DNA of 27,364 nt from IMG/VR virus record IMGVR_UViG_3300046001_004574, positions 1-27,364 of that record; one strand, 5' to 3'. Shown piece by piece: positions 1 to 7,654 of this stretch. Under the pieces are notes generated by a model. The model was not told where the DNA came from. It made no database searches and worked only from the letters and a program-made list of their open reading frames with translations. The stretch's first letter is position 1. Each line of letters starts with the position of its first letter. This DNA is from a virus (taxonomy: Duplodnaviria > Caudoviricetes). A program made the translations under genes and the position numbers.

Positions 1-860
1 GGTTGGGGTTGTTGATTTAGTAAATATTCCTTGCGTGTTGTTAAAGCAGTTTTTATCTGCTCTACATCTGTATGACCTGCATATTGCCGTGATATTGCTT
101 TTAAATCATCAATGCTGTTTGCTTGCGATATTTCAATAGATATTTCTTCTATGGGTTTTTCAGGAACAATAATTCCTTTCATTTTTTTACAAAACTTATC
201 ACCAATATCGCAAGTCATAATAGTTCCATTTTTAATAATATCATGTATGGGCTTGGGTGCTTTCATAAAAGTCATTTTATGGCTTTCAACTTCAAATTTA
301 ACAATAACAGTTAATTCAAATTTGAAATTTTTTTCTGTTACAATTTCCTCTTCTGTGCCTTTACTTGGGTCACGGACATCAATCAATCTGTCCTTTATTC
401 TAAAACAAATAATTGTTGCAACAGGCGGACTCGCCATTAGCGATACAAATTTCTTACGCCTTTGCTTTGGCTTGTTCCACTTCCCTGCACTATTATTTTT
501 AGCTCCCTCCTGTTCAACAAATTCAAGAGTTCCTCCGTCACCCTCCCATTCGTGACTACCACTATCAACAATAATAATTCCGTCTTTTCCAACACATTCA
601 AGCATTGCATTGTATGCCTCAATATATCTTTCTGGTGTAAAGGGAGCATCAAGAACAATAATAAAAAAATCGCCAATTAGTGGGTCATTTGCATAGCATT
701 CAGCACGTCCATTTTCCGTGCATATAACGCCAATTTTTCCATTTTTGCCAACATAGCCACGAGCGAATAATAACGCTCCGTATGTTTTACCGCTTCCACT
801 TTTGCCACAAAATGCAATACTTGGAATCATGTTGAATTTTGCCTGTCTTGGTGTAAACAT
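1..860 (-). CDS. Sak4-like / AAA_24 family ATPase (phage recombinase), 3' end runs off the window
   Basis: Not in the ORF track; manual translation from ATG at 860 gives MFTPRQAKFNMIPSIAFCGKSGSGKTYGALLFARG...ICTENGRA...LDAPFTPERYIEA...IIIVDSGSHEWEGDGG. Walker A (GKSGSGKT) and Walker B followed by DSxSHEW are typical of the family. It directly follows the nuclease gene. Confidence 0.85.
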   Translation of the reverse strand, partial: MFTPRQAKFNMIPSIAFCGKSGSGKTYGALLFARGYVGKNGKIGVICTENGRAECYANDPLIGDFFIIVLDAPFTPERYIEAYNAMLECVGKDGIIIVDSGSHEWEGDGGTLEFVEQEGAKNNSAGKWNKPKQRRKKFVSLMASPPVATIICFRIKDRLIDVRDPSKGTEEEIVTEKNFKFELTVIVKFEVESHKMTFMKAPKPIHDIIKNGTIMTCDIGDKFCKKMKGIIVPEKPIEEISIEISQANSIDDLKAISRQYAGHTDVEQIKTALTTRKEYLLNQQPQ

Positions 861-863
861 TTT

Positions 864-1838
864 TTAATCCTTAAAATAATAACTTGGTAAATCGCAATCT
901 CTAAGCTCATCAAAGTAAAAATCATATTTTACTTCTTCTTTTTTTATGATGTGTTTTTTGAAAAGGCTTTTAGCGTTTTCGATTTTCTGATTAGCATTTT
1001 CCCAATATGCGTTCATTATGGTTTCTGAATCATTTAAATCACGCAACACCCTTGTTCTAATGTCTAAGCCTTTGTTTGTTTTCAAGAAAAGCATAAAAAA
1101 CAAAGGATTTTCATTTTCAAAGCCCTCTATTTTTGCGTCATACATAGCTTTGTAGGCTTTTGTGTACCAACGAGCTTGTACATCATATTGATAGTTTGCA
1201 ATCGTTAAATTAACGGCTTTATCAATATTTAGACTCTTTGAATTATCAAAAGTTTTTAAATCAAAGACTCCCTCTGGAATTAACGCATCAAAGCGAGCTT
1301 TGCAATTTATGCCGTCTTCACGCCAAAACACAGAAACTTCTTTTTTGGCATCATACAACTTCTTTGCAATATCGCTTTCCTCAATAATTTCAGCATAAGC
1401 ACTTATTTTTTTATGTGCCTCGCTTGGAATAATGATAAAGCCTTTTTCATGTTCCTCACGCTCCATATCATACGATTTAACATCGTGTCCGCATGATTGG
1501 ATAGCGTTAAAAATTTTATCTTTTGTCCATGATTGCTTAAATTCCACGCCGTTATTTGTGCAAAAATTAATCAAGTCATCTTTGGATTTTAAGCAATCGT
1601 CCGTACCTATAAATGGTGCTTTATAAGTATCGTGAAACGCTTGAAAGCCCTCTAAAATAGCCTTATGGTACGCTTTGCCGATTGTTTTACCGATTGTATC
1701 AGTTTGTTCTTCTTCTTGCGAATAGAGATAATCATTGACCGATACGTTAATCTCTTTGATTGCCGAATATGACAAAGCAGGCACTGCTCTATATTCGTCT
1801 TCTGGCATATCGTAAATTACTTTTGCATTATTGGTCAT
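864..1838 (-). CDS. PD-(D/E)XK exonuclease, RecE/ExoVIII C-terminal-like (DUF3799 type)
   Basis: Motifs 'YRAVPALSYSAIK', 'GKAYHKAILE', 'EVSVFWREDGINCKARFD', 'DLKT' and 'YQYDVQARWY'; adjacent to the recombinase. Confidence 0.85.
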   Translation of the reverse strand: MTNNAKVIYDMPEDEYRAVPALSYSAIKEINVSVNDYLYSQEEEQTDTIGKTIGKAYHKAILEGFQAFHDTYKAPFIGTDDCLKSKDDLINFCTNNGVEFKQSWTKDKIFNAIQSCGHDVKSYDMEREEHEKGFIIIPSEAHKKISAYAEIIEESDIAKKLYDAKKEVSVFWREDGINCKARFDALIPEGVFDLKTFDNSKSLNIDKAVNLTIANYQYDVQARWYTKAYKAMYDAKIEGFENENPLFFMLFLKTNKGLDIRTRVLRDLNDSETIMNAYWENANQKIENAKSLFKKHIIKKEEVKYDFYFDELRDCDLPSYYFKD

Positions 1839-2113
1839 TAGTTATGCTCCTTGCTGTTACAATCAGCGTCACCCACATCATCAGGATTTATAGGCTCTAC
1901 TAAATCAGACTCATCATCTGGGTTAATGGTCTCATTCGTTGGCTTATAATCCAAACAGATTATTTCACCGCTTTTAATTTGTAGTTCTCTTAGTTTTCTG
2001 CGTGTTTCATGGTAAAGTTTTTTGCCGTTCTCCCTCGCAAGTTCAAAGCCTCGCTTGCGTGCCTCATCGTCTGCAAGTGTTAATGTTTTTACAAATTGAA
2101 ATAGGTTATCCAT
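1838..2113 (-). CDS. hypothetical protein (91 aa)
   Basis: GGAG SD upstream; stop overlaps the nuclease start (TAATG coupling). Confidence 0.7.
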   Translation of the reverse strand: MDNLFQFVKTLTLADDEARKRGFELARENGKKLYHETRRKLRELQIKSGEIICLDYKPTNETINPDDESDLVEPINPDDVGDADCNSKEHN

Positions 2114-2136
2114 TGTTTGCTCTCCGTTTTAACAAA

Positions 2137-3318
2137 TTAATAAGCGATTGAAATATTGGCTATTTCTTTTTTAGCAATCGCTGTGACAATAGCAATGGCT
2201 TGTTCTTTTGTTATTCCATGCACCAATAAATCAGACACCGCTTGATTATTAATCGCCTTGCGATGCTCTAAATCAGCTTCACGCTTTAATCTTTCAGCTT
2301 CAACACGTTCAGCCTCTTGTTTTTCTTTCAAAGCCTTTTCATCTGCTTCACGTTTTGCACGTTCCGCTTCTACTTTCTGGTCTGCAAGTTGCTTTTCAAG
2401 TGCTTCTTTTTCCTCTTGTGCCTTTTTACGTTCAGCGTCCAGTCTATCCTGCTCTGCTTTTAACTTTGCACGATTTTCAGCCTCAATCTTTTCTTGCTCT
2501 TCACGTTGCTTGCGAATTTCAGCATCATGCTTTTCCTGCTGTGCTTTTAAAATCGCTTGACGCTCTGCCTCCGCCTTGACTTCGGCTTCTCTGCGTGCTT
2601 TTTCCTCTGCTTCACGGCGTATTTGCTCTTCACGCTCTTTTTGTCTTGCTTCCTCTGCTTTGCGGTTTAACTCTGCAAGTTCGGCTTGTTGACGTGCGAT
2701 TTCTTGCAATCGTGCAAGTTGTTCGTTGACATAAGCAATAGAAACATCATAAGCACGCTCTGCACGGTCTTTGAACTCTTGCCAGTCACGTTCAAGAAGT
2801 GGTTTAAGGCTTGTTAAAAAACTCTCTGCTGTTTCAATGTTTACAATGTTTTGCTTTGCATAAAACTCAATTTCTGAAATCTTTTCTTCATGCTCTTGAA
2901 TCCGTGCTTTTTCCGCATTGTTAAAATCAGTCAATGGTTTCAAAGCCAATTCCTCAAGTGCTTCAAGTTGTGCTTTAATGTCACGAGCTTGTGCATTGAC
3001 TTCATTGGTTTTTACACGCCACTGTTCGGTTACTGTTTTTTTAACATCTTCAATGCGATTTCTGATTTTGGCAATTTTACGACCATTAGCCTTAATTTCT
3101 TCTCTGCCTTTTTCTGTTGAAATATCAGGAATAAAAGAAGCAACTTCGTCTCTTACTAAAGTAAGAAAAAGAGTTTTTGCCGTATCGGTAAAAATATCCT
3201 CTTTTCTTAAAGTGCGAAGCGGTGCAATAAGTGTTTTTTTGCTGTCTGGTGCGATATTATCAATCGCTTCATAGACTTCTAAGATTTCTTGGGTATCGTT
3301 ATCAATTACTTGTGTCAT
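2137..3318 (-). CDS. phage early-region coiled-coil protein, function unknown
   Basis: Long E/K/A/R/Q helical region; 'PDISTEKGREEI' and the C-terminal 'EADLEHRKAINNQA...AIAKKEIANISIAY' resemble a family common in temperate phage early regions. Start moved to ATG 3318 (MTQVID) because AAGGA precedes it and the track's start lies inside the promoter. Confidence 0.75.
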   Translation of the reverse strand: MTQVIDNDTQEILEVYEAIDNIAPDSKKTLIAPLRTLRKEDIFTDTAKTLFLTLVRDEVASFIPDISTEKGREEIKANGRKIAKIRNRIEDVKKTVTEQWRVKTNEVNAQARDIKAQLEALEELALKPLTDFNNAEKARIQEHEEKISEIEFYAKQNIVNIETAESFLTSLKPLLERDWQEFKDRAERAYDVSIAYVNEQLARLQEIARQQAELAELNRKAEEARQKEREEQIRREAEEKARREAEVKAEAERQAILKAQQEKHDAEIRKQREEQEKIEAENRAKLKAEQDRLDAERKKAQEEKEALEKQLADQKVEAERAKREADEKALKEKQEAERVEAERLKREADLEHRKAINNQAVSDLLVHGITKEQAIAIVTAIAKKEIANISIAY

Positions 3319-3351
3319 CTTGTTATCCTTTTTTAGATTTGTAACTTTTTC

Positions 3352-3379
3352 ACTATGCCACAAATAATTTGATTGTCAA
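3352..3379 (-). promoter_or_regulatory. leftward sigma70-like promoter of the early recombination operon
   Basis: TTGACA-16 nt-CATAGT with TG just upstream of the -10; back-to-back with a plus-strand TTGACT at 3390 (GTCAA-N10-TTGAC inverted repeat). Confidence 0.55.
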
Positions 3380-3452
3380 CTAAAAAAGTTTGACTTTATT
3401 TCTTTTTTATATAATACTTGATATGTTAATGTTTTAAAAGGATTACAGAAAA

Positions 3453-3644
3453 ATGAATGAAATTGAAAGACTCAAAGAAGACCTTAAGCCGTTCAAAGCA
3501 ACCTATATTGCAGAGCTGGCAGGAATTGGAAGGGCAACGATTGCTAATTTCAAGAGTGGCACACACACGTTTAACACAGAAAATTATCTGAAAGTTCGTG
3601 CTGTACTCGATAAAATCGCAAAAGACATATTGGGGGAAGCATGA
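3453..3644 (+). CDS. small XRE/Cro-like HTH regulator
   Basis: 63 aa, 'ATYIAELAGIGRATIANFKSG' HTH pattern; AAGGA upstream; divergent from the early operon. Confidence 0.8.
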   Translation: MNEIERLKEDLKPFKATYIAELAGIGRATIANFKSGTHTFNTENYLKVRAVLDKIAKDILGEA

Positions 3645-3690
3645 TTGACTGGTCACACCAACCGAAATTGATTGACTAAAGCATAAAACT

Positions 3691-3713
3691 AAGCCCCTTT
3701 CGGGGCTTTTTTT
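3691..3713. terminator. intrinsic terminator, probably bidirectional
   Basis: AAGCCCC-TTTC-GGGGCTT followed by a T run, A-rich upstream; lies between the convergent HTH and dnaB genes. Confidence 0.85.
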
Positions 3714-3718
3714 GTTAA

Positions 3719-5218
3719 TTAAAAATTTTCTGGTGTTAATTGTTTGTGGTTCTTTTTGTTTTTTATGTTCTCTATGCCTGCTTTTGTCATGCCTGCGTAC
3801 TCATCATTCTGATTATAATCACTATCACCAAAATAATTATAACCCATTAATGCCATAACCTTAGCAACGCCTTTTTCTGCGTTTCTGTTCTTCGCAACAA
3901 TAATCTCGCAATAATAATCTTCCCAATTCTTGACCACCAAATCCGCTTCATAATGCGATGGTCTAAAAGGGAATAAAACCATATCAGCGTCCTCTTCGAT
4001 ACTTCCAGACTGCCTTAAATGATGTATTTCAGGGCGTTTATTATCTGATTTTTGCGATTCCCTATTGACTTGTGACAATGCAATCACTGTTACGTTTAAA
4101 TCATTCGCAAGCATCTTTAATTTTCTCGTGACATTCCCAATTTCTAAATGTGCATCTTTTTTATCAGGGCGTGGAATAAGCTGTAAGTAATCAACAAAAA
4201 CAAAATCAAGTGTCTTGCCGTGACGCATTAAATCCTGTGCTTGCCTTTTACAAAAAGATATTATTTGCTCTACAGTAAACGAATTATAAACCGCTGTAAT
4301 ATTATTCTTGCTTCGCTTTGCCGTATCAAAAACATCTTTTAACTGCTCATGCGTGCAATCTTTTTTAAATAATATTTTTTTATACGCTAACGCTCCATAA
4401 GCATCATCTATATACTTGTCACGGCTTGCAAAACGTGCTTCGCATTGACGATATGACATTTCATAATTAAACGAAATGATATTTTTATCCTGTGCTGAAA
4501 AACGTGACTGTAGGTCAATAGATAGTGCTGTTTTGCCCATACCACTTGCCCCTGCATCAATTATAAATTCACCACGTCCAAACCCACCGATTATATTATC
4601 AAGTGCTGTTATACCAGTCATTGTCCGTGCTGATTCCACTGAAAAAGTATCTCGTTCTAGCTGTTCGGTCTGCTCCCTGCGTGTATAGACTGTTTTTCTC
4701 GCAAACGGATTATAAAGGTTTTTTTCAATCTCAATGTTAGCATTTTGAGTAATCTTGATAATTTCAGAAAACGGAACATACTCTTGATTCAGCTTGTCCG
4801 AAATCTCTTTATATATTTTTTTTATTTCCTCACGCTTCAGGTTTTCGTCTAAAGAAAATGCAAACCCCTTGATAATCTCATCGACTAAGCCAACTGATTG
4901 CTTCATGATGTTTCGGATATAATTTTTTACTTCAGGGTCATTGCCACACACTACATTTTCTAAATCCTGCAATCTTAACTTGCCGTTTTCATTTACTTCT
5001 CGCAAACAAAAAAGATAAACCTGTCCGTAAAAATCATTCTTGAAATGTTTATCAGACAAGAAATCAATGTCTAATGCTTTGCCTGCTAAAGAATCCCTTA
5101 ACACCTTACTAAGAACAACCGCTTCCTCAAAGTTCTGCCTTACAACATATTCGCTTGTTTCTGGTGGTTGCTGTGCCTGCGTGGTTACTTTCATCACGCT
5201 AAAAAAATCTGTATCCAT
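3719..5218 (-). CDS. dnaB: DnaB-like replicative helicase
   Basis: 'TGITALDNIIGG', Walker A GASGMGKT, 'FNYEMS', 'FVFVDYLQL', 'LKMLANDLNVTVIALSQVNR', 'LRQSGSIEEDAD', 'IIVAKNRN'; AGGAG SD. Confidence 0.95.
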   Translation of the reverse strand: MDTDFFSVMKVTTQAQQPPETSEYVVRQNFEEAVVLSKVLRDSLAGKALDIDFLSDKHFKNDFYGQVYLFCLREVNENGKLRLQDLENVVCGNDPEVKNYIRNIMKQSVGLVDEIIKGFAFSLDENLKREEIKKIYKEISDKLNQEYVPFSEIIKITQNANIEIEKNLYNPFARKTVYTRREQTEQLERDTFSVESARTMTGITALDNIIGGFGRGEFIIDAGASGMGKTALSIDLQSRFSAQDKNIISFNYEMSYRQCEARFASRDKYIDDAYGALAYKKILFKKDCTHEQLKDVFDTAKRSKNNITAVYNSFTVEQIISFCKRQAQDLMRHGKTLDFVFVDYLQLIPRPDKKDAHLEIGNVTRKLKMLANDLNVTVIALSQVNRESQKSDNKRPEIHHLRQSGSIEEDADMVLFPFRPSHYEADLVVKNWEDYYCEIIVAKNRNAEKGVAKVMALMGYNYFGDSDYNQNDEYAGMTKAGIENIKNKKNHKQLTPENF

Positions 5219-5227
5219 AAATGCTCC

Positions 5228-5256
5228 TTGACTTGGTTTATAATAAATATTATATA
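5228..5256 (+). promoter_or_regulatory. putative promoter for the RHH/initiator operon
   Basis: TTGACT-17 nt-TATATA in the 73-bp AT-rich gap between divergent dnaB and RHH genes. Confidence 0.4.
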
Positions 5257-5291
5257 TATGATATTAAAACATAAAAGTAAAGGAATTATTT

Positions 5292-5459
5292 ATGAAATCA
5301 GACGAAAAGATTCAGCAGTCAAATATACTGCTTTATATGCCAGCATCACTCAAAGAAAAAATCAATGAACAGGCACACAATGAGCGATTGAATATGAGTG
5401 AATTTATCCGCCGTGTCGTGTCCGATTATATTAATAGCAAAAACGGTGGTGATAAATGA
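5292..5459 (+). CDS. ribbon-helix-helix (Arc/CopG-like) DNA-binding protein, 55 aa
   Basis: Not in the ORF track; MKSDEKIQQSNILLYMPASLKEKINEQAHNERLNMSEFIRRVVSDYINSKNGGDK has a beta strand, helix and 'MSEFIR' RHH signature; AAGGA SD; ATGA overlap with the initiator. Confidence 0.85.
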   Translation: MKSDEKIQQSNILLYMPASLKEKINEQAHNERLNMSEFIRRVVSDYINSKNGGDK

Positions 5460-6352
5460 GTTTTATCGAGGAAATAAGGGATAGTAACGTATCAGCACAC
5501 GCTAAAATCGTTGCTATAACGATATGCTCATATAGAAACAGAAAGACAGGGCAATGCTTCCCCTCTCTACAGTTATTATCAGAAACTTTGCAATTATCAC
5601 AAAATACTATTCAAAAGTGTTTACGAGAGCTTGAAGCAGAAAAAATAATTAAAATCTCTAAGATTAGAAAATTTACATCGTCAATAAATTCTTATGTTTT
5701 TCTTACTGAAAATAAGGCTTTACCGAAAGTTGACACATCAAATATTGACGTGTCAAAAAATGATACGTCAAATATTGACACGTCAGTTGACACGTCAGTT
5801 GACACGTCAAACCATACCTCAAAATTTGACTACAAACCTATAGAACCGAGAGAACCTAGTGAACCTACTTTACCCCCTGCCCCCTTAGCAGGGGATTCAG
5901 GGGGGCGTTGTTTGAAAGTTTTTTATGAGAGTAATAATCGAGAGGATTTTAAAACAAAATGCTATGCAATCGCAAAGGCAAAGCGATTTTCAGAATCCGA
6001 GGCAGAAAAGCATTTTACAAATTTTGAGAATTATTGGTTAAATCCTGCCCTGCCACCGTCAAAAGCTTCGAAAAAAGATTGGCAACGTGCATTTGTTAAT
6101 TGGATTGCCAAGGATAAGCCTGCAAAGGTTAATAATTTTGATACAGCTGATTATATTTTGAGTCGAGCAAAGGAAAGATTAGGTGATTACATAGACCATG
6201 AAAGTGAAACAATAGATAGCAATTTGGTTTTTTTAAAACTGTTAAAAAATGGATACACAAAAGAGCAGATTTTTAGTGTATTTTTAAATATTATCAAAAA
6301 GCCCCCAGAAAATAAAATACACTCATGGGGCATCATCTTTCAGTATTTATAA
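5456..6352 (+). CDS. phage replication initiator (N-terminal winged HTH; functional analogue of lambda O)
   Basis: 'GQCFPSLQLLSETLQLSQNTIQKCLRELE' wHTH; low-complexity linker encoded by iterons; 'FENYW...KKDWQRAFVNWI' motif of phage initiator C-terminal domains. Confidence 0.85.
   Translation: MSFIEEIRDSNVSAHAKIVAITICSYRNRKTGQCFPSLQLLSETLQLSQNTIQKCLRELEAEKIIKISKIRKFTSSINSYVFLTENKALPKVDTSNIDVSKNDTSNIDTSVDTSVDTSNHTSKFDYKPIEPREPSEPTLPPAPLAGDSGGRCLKVFYESNNREDFKTKCYAIAKAKRFSESEAEKHFTNFENYWLNPALPPSKASKKDWQRAFVNWIAKDKPAKVNNFDTADYILSRAKERLGDYIDHESETIDSNLVFLKLLKNGYTKEQIFSVFLNIIKKPPENKIHSWGIIFQYL
5731..5809. repeat. iteron array, probable replication origin
   Basis: Six 10-mers of consensus TGACACGTCA at 5731, 5746 (inverted), 5761, 5776, 5788 and 5800 inside the initiator gene. 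Confidence 0.85.
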
Positions 6353-6377
6353 AAAAATAACAACACAGGGAATAATT

Positions 6378-6530
6378 ATGACAGACACACCAAAACAAGA
6401 CAAATACGCCTCAATCCGTCCGTTTTTACAGGTTGCCGAAGCGTTAAATCACCCACAATGCCCCACGAAAGAACGTATCAGGGCAGAACATCAAGCTAAA
6501 ATTAACAAATTGGACAAAGTTTATGAGTAA
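6378..6530 (+). CDS. hypothetical protein, 50 aa
   Basis: Not in the ORF track; AGGGA SD, MTDTPKQDKYASIRPFLQVAEALNHPQCPTKERIRAEHQAKINKLDKVYE; fills the gap and overlaps the rusA start. Confidence 0.6.
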   Translation: MTDTPKQDKYASIRPFLQVAEALNHPQCPTKERIRAEHQAKINKLDKVYE

Positions 6531-6882
6531 ATTAATTGCAACCTACACGATGACAATGCCAACAACCAATAATCACGTTAGAGCATCTTACAAAGGGCGT
6601 TTGATAACATCAAAGGCTTATCGCATATGGCAACAAAACACGCTGATTGATTTGTTTATTCAGAAAAAACACGCAACAATCACGCATGATATATTCCTAA
6701 GCATAAAACTATCACCAAAAACAAAAAACAAAACCGACATAGACAATCGCAACAAAGGCATTTTTGATGCACTGGTTGCATCTGGCATCATTCAAGACGA
6801 CTCACAGGTCAAAAAACTTCTGATTGAATTCGATTACACCAAAAAAGATTTTGTATCGGTTGAAATTTATGAATATGCTTAA
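6523..6882 (+). CDS. rusA: RusA family Holliday junction resolvase
   Basis: 'PTTNN', 'DIDNRNKGIFDAL' and 'GIIQDDSQV' catalytic motifs. Confidence 0.92.
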   Translation: MSKLIATYTMTMPTTNNHVRASYKGRLITSKAYRIWQQNTLIDLFIQKKHATITHDIFLSIKLSPKTKNKTDIDNRNKGIFDALVASGIIQDDSQVKKLLIEFDYTKKDFVSVEIYEYA

Positions 6883-7029
6883 AATCCGCAATTCTAGCCA
6901 CATTCACCAATTAACCAGTATATTTTATCATTTTAAGATTTGCACCGCTAGAAACGCTAAAAAATAGGGTTTACGTTAATAAGTTACTTAGTCAAAAAAT
7001 GGTAAATAATTTTTTGATAGAATGTAGCC

Positions 7030-7059
7030 TTGAAAATTTACCGCCGAATCGGTTACACT
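7030..7059 (+). promoter_or_regulatory. putative promoter
   Basis: TTGAAA-18 nt-TACACT shortly upstream of SD GGGGGA and ATG 7081; preceded by the inverted repeat TCAAAAAAT...ATTTTTTGA at about 6992-7017. Confidence 0.35.
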
Positions 7060-7080
7060 AAATCAAACATGGGGGAACGT

Positions 7081-7425
7081 ATGGCAGGCTATAAGTACGA
7101 TTGGGACGTAATTATAAAAACACTTGAAAGCGGTGTATCACGGCAGGACGTGTGTGAGATGTTTGGCATCAGGCGTGAATATCTTGTCCAGATGTTAGGT
7201 TATTTTAATTTAAGGCATCTGCAACTTAGGGTATCACAGCCAAGGCGTAAACCAACACCACCACCAAAGCCAAAATTTACCTGCCCTATCATGCAAAAAA
7301 TCGAAGTGATAAAACTGCTTGGCAATAAATTATCACCCCATGAAATCGCTGAAAAACTAAGTATCCGTCAAAAAGATGTTGATGTTATCATTGCAAGCGT
7401 GAGGGGCAAGAAATGCGTATCATAG
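7081..7425 (+). CDS. protein with two HTH-like segments, putative transcription regulator
   Basis: 'GVSRQDVCEMFGIRREYL' and 'LSPHEIAEKLSIRQKDVD' joined by a Pro/Lys linker; start reassigned to ATG 7081 after the GGGGGA SD. Confidence 0.65.
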   Translation: MAGYKYDWDVIIKTLESGVSRQDVCEMFGIRREYLVQMLGYFNLRHLQLRVSQPRRKPTPPPKPKFTCPIMQKIEVIKLLGNKLSPHEIAEKLSIRQKDVDVIIASVRGKKCVS

Positions 7426-7613
7426 CGATTATTTTGTCGGTGGTTATGTGTTTTGCGATTGTAACAGCAACCAATTCAGACGCAAGGGAATCACGGACTG
7501 TAAGGATATATAAACCTAAGCGACCACCAAAGTTTAAATCGTTTGTCGCTGGACGTGCAGTACACCCAAGACCAGTTATGAGTAAACGCAATTTACCGCC
7601 GTTAGATGATTAA
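7413..7613 (+). CDS. small protein with signal peptide or N-terminal TM helix and a basic Pro-rich tail
   Basis: GAGGGG SD; MR + hydrophobic stretch + 'NSDA' cleavage-like site; overlaps the upstream gene. Confidence 0.65.
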   Translation: MRIIAIILSVVMCFAIVTATNSDARESRTVRIYKPKRPPKFKSFVAGRAVHPRPVMSKRNLPPLDD

Positions 7614-7620
7614 AAACTTG

Positions 7621-7648
7621 TTGCTTTTTTCGTGAGAGTTGGTATAAG
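7621..7648 (+). promoter_or_regulatory. putative promoter of the structured RNA
   Basis: TTGCTT-16 nt-TATAAG with an extended -10 TG. Confidence 0.5.
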
Positions 7649-7654
7649 TAATTT

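Noticed and set aside
112-680. Track ORFs 112..555, 123..314, 437..676 and 462..680
   Set aside because: Shadows of the minus-strand ATPase running from 860 to the window edge.
2137-3363. TolA annotation and the track's start at 3363
   Set aside because: Similarity would be only low-complexity coiled coil with no TM anchor; the upstream start falls in the promoter and lacks an SD.
5168-5368. 66-aa plus-strand ORF
   Set aside because: Overlaps dnaB and the promoter gap; the 55-aa RHH frame at 5292 has an SD, a motif and coupling.
5731-5809. CRISPR-like array
   Set aside because: Repeats are 10 bp with 2-5 bp gaps, in frame inside a gene, and there are no cas genes; iterons fit better.
6875-6967. 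30-aa ORF overlapping the rusA stop
   Set aside because: No SD or recognisable features; cannot be supported.
7413-7613. Holin or spanin call
   Set aside because: No adjacent endolysin, a single hydrophobic segment and no convincing lipobox.
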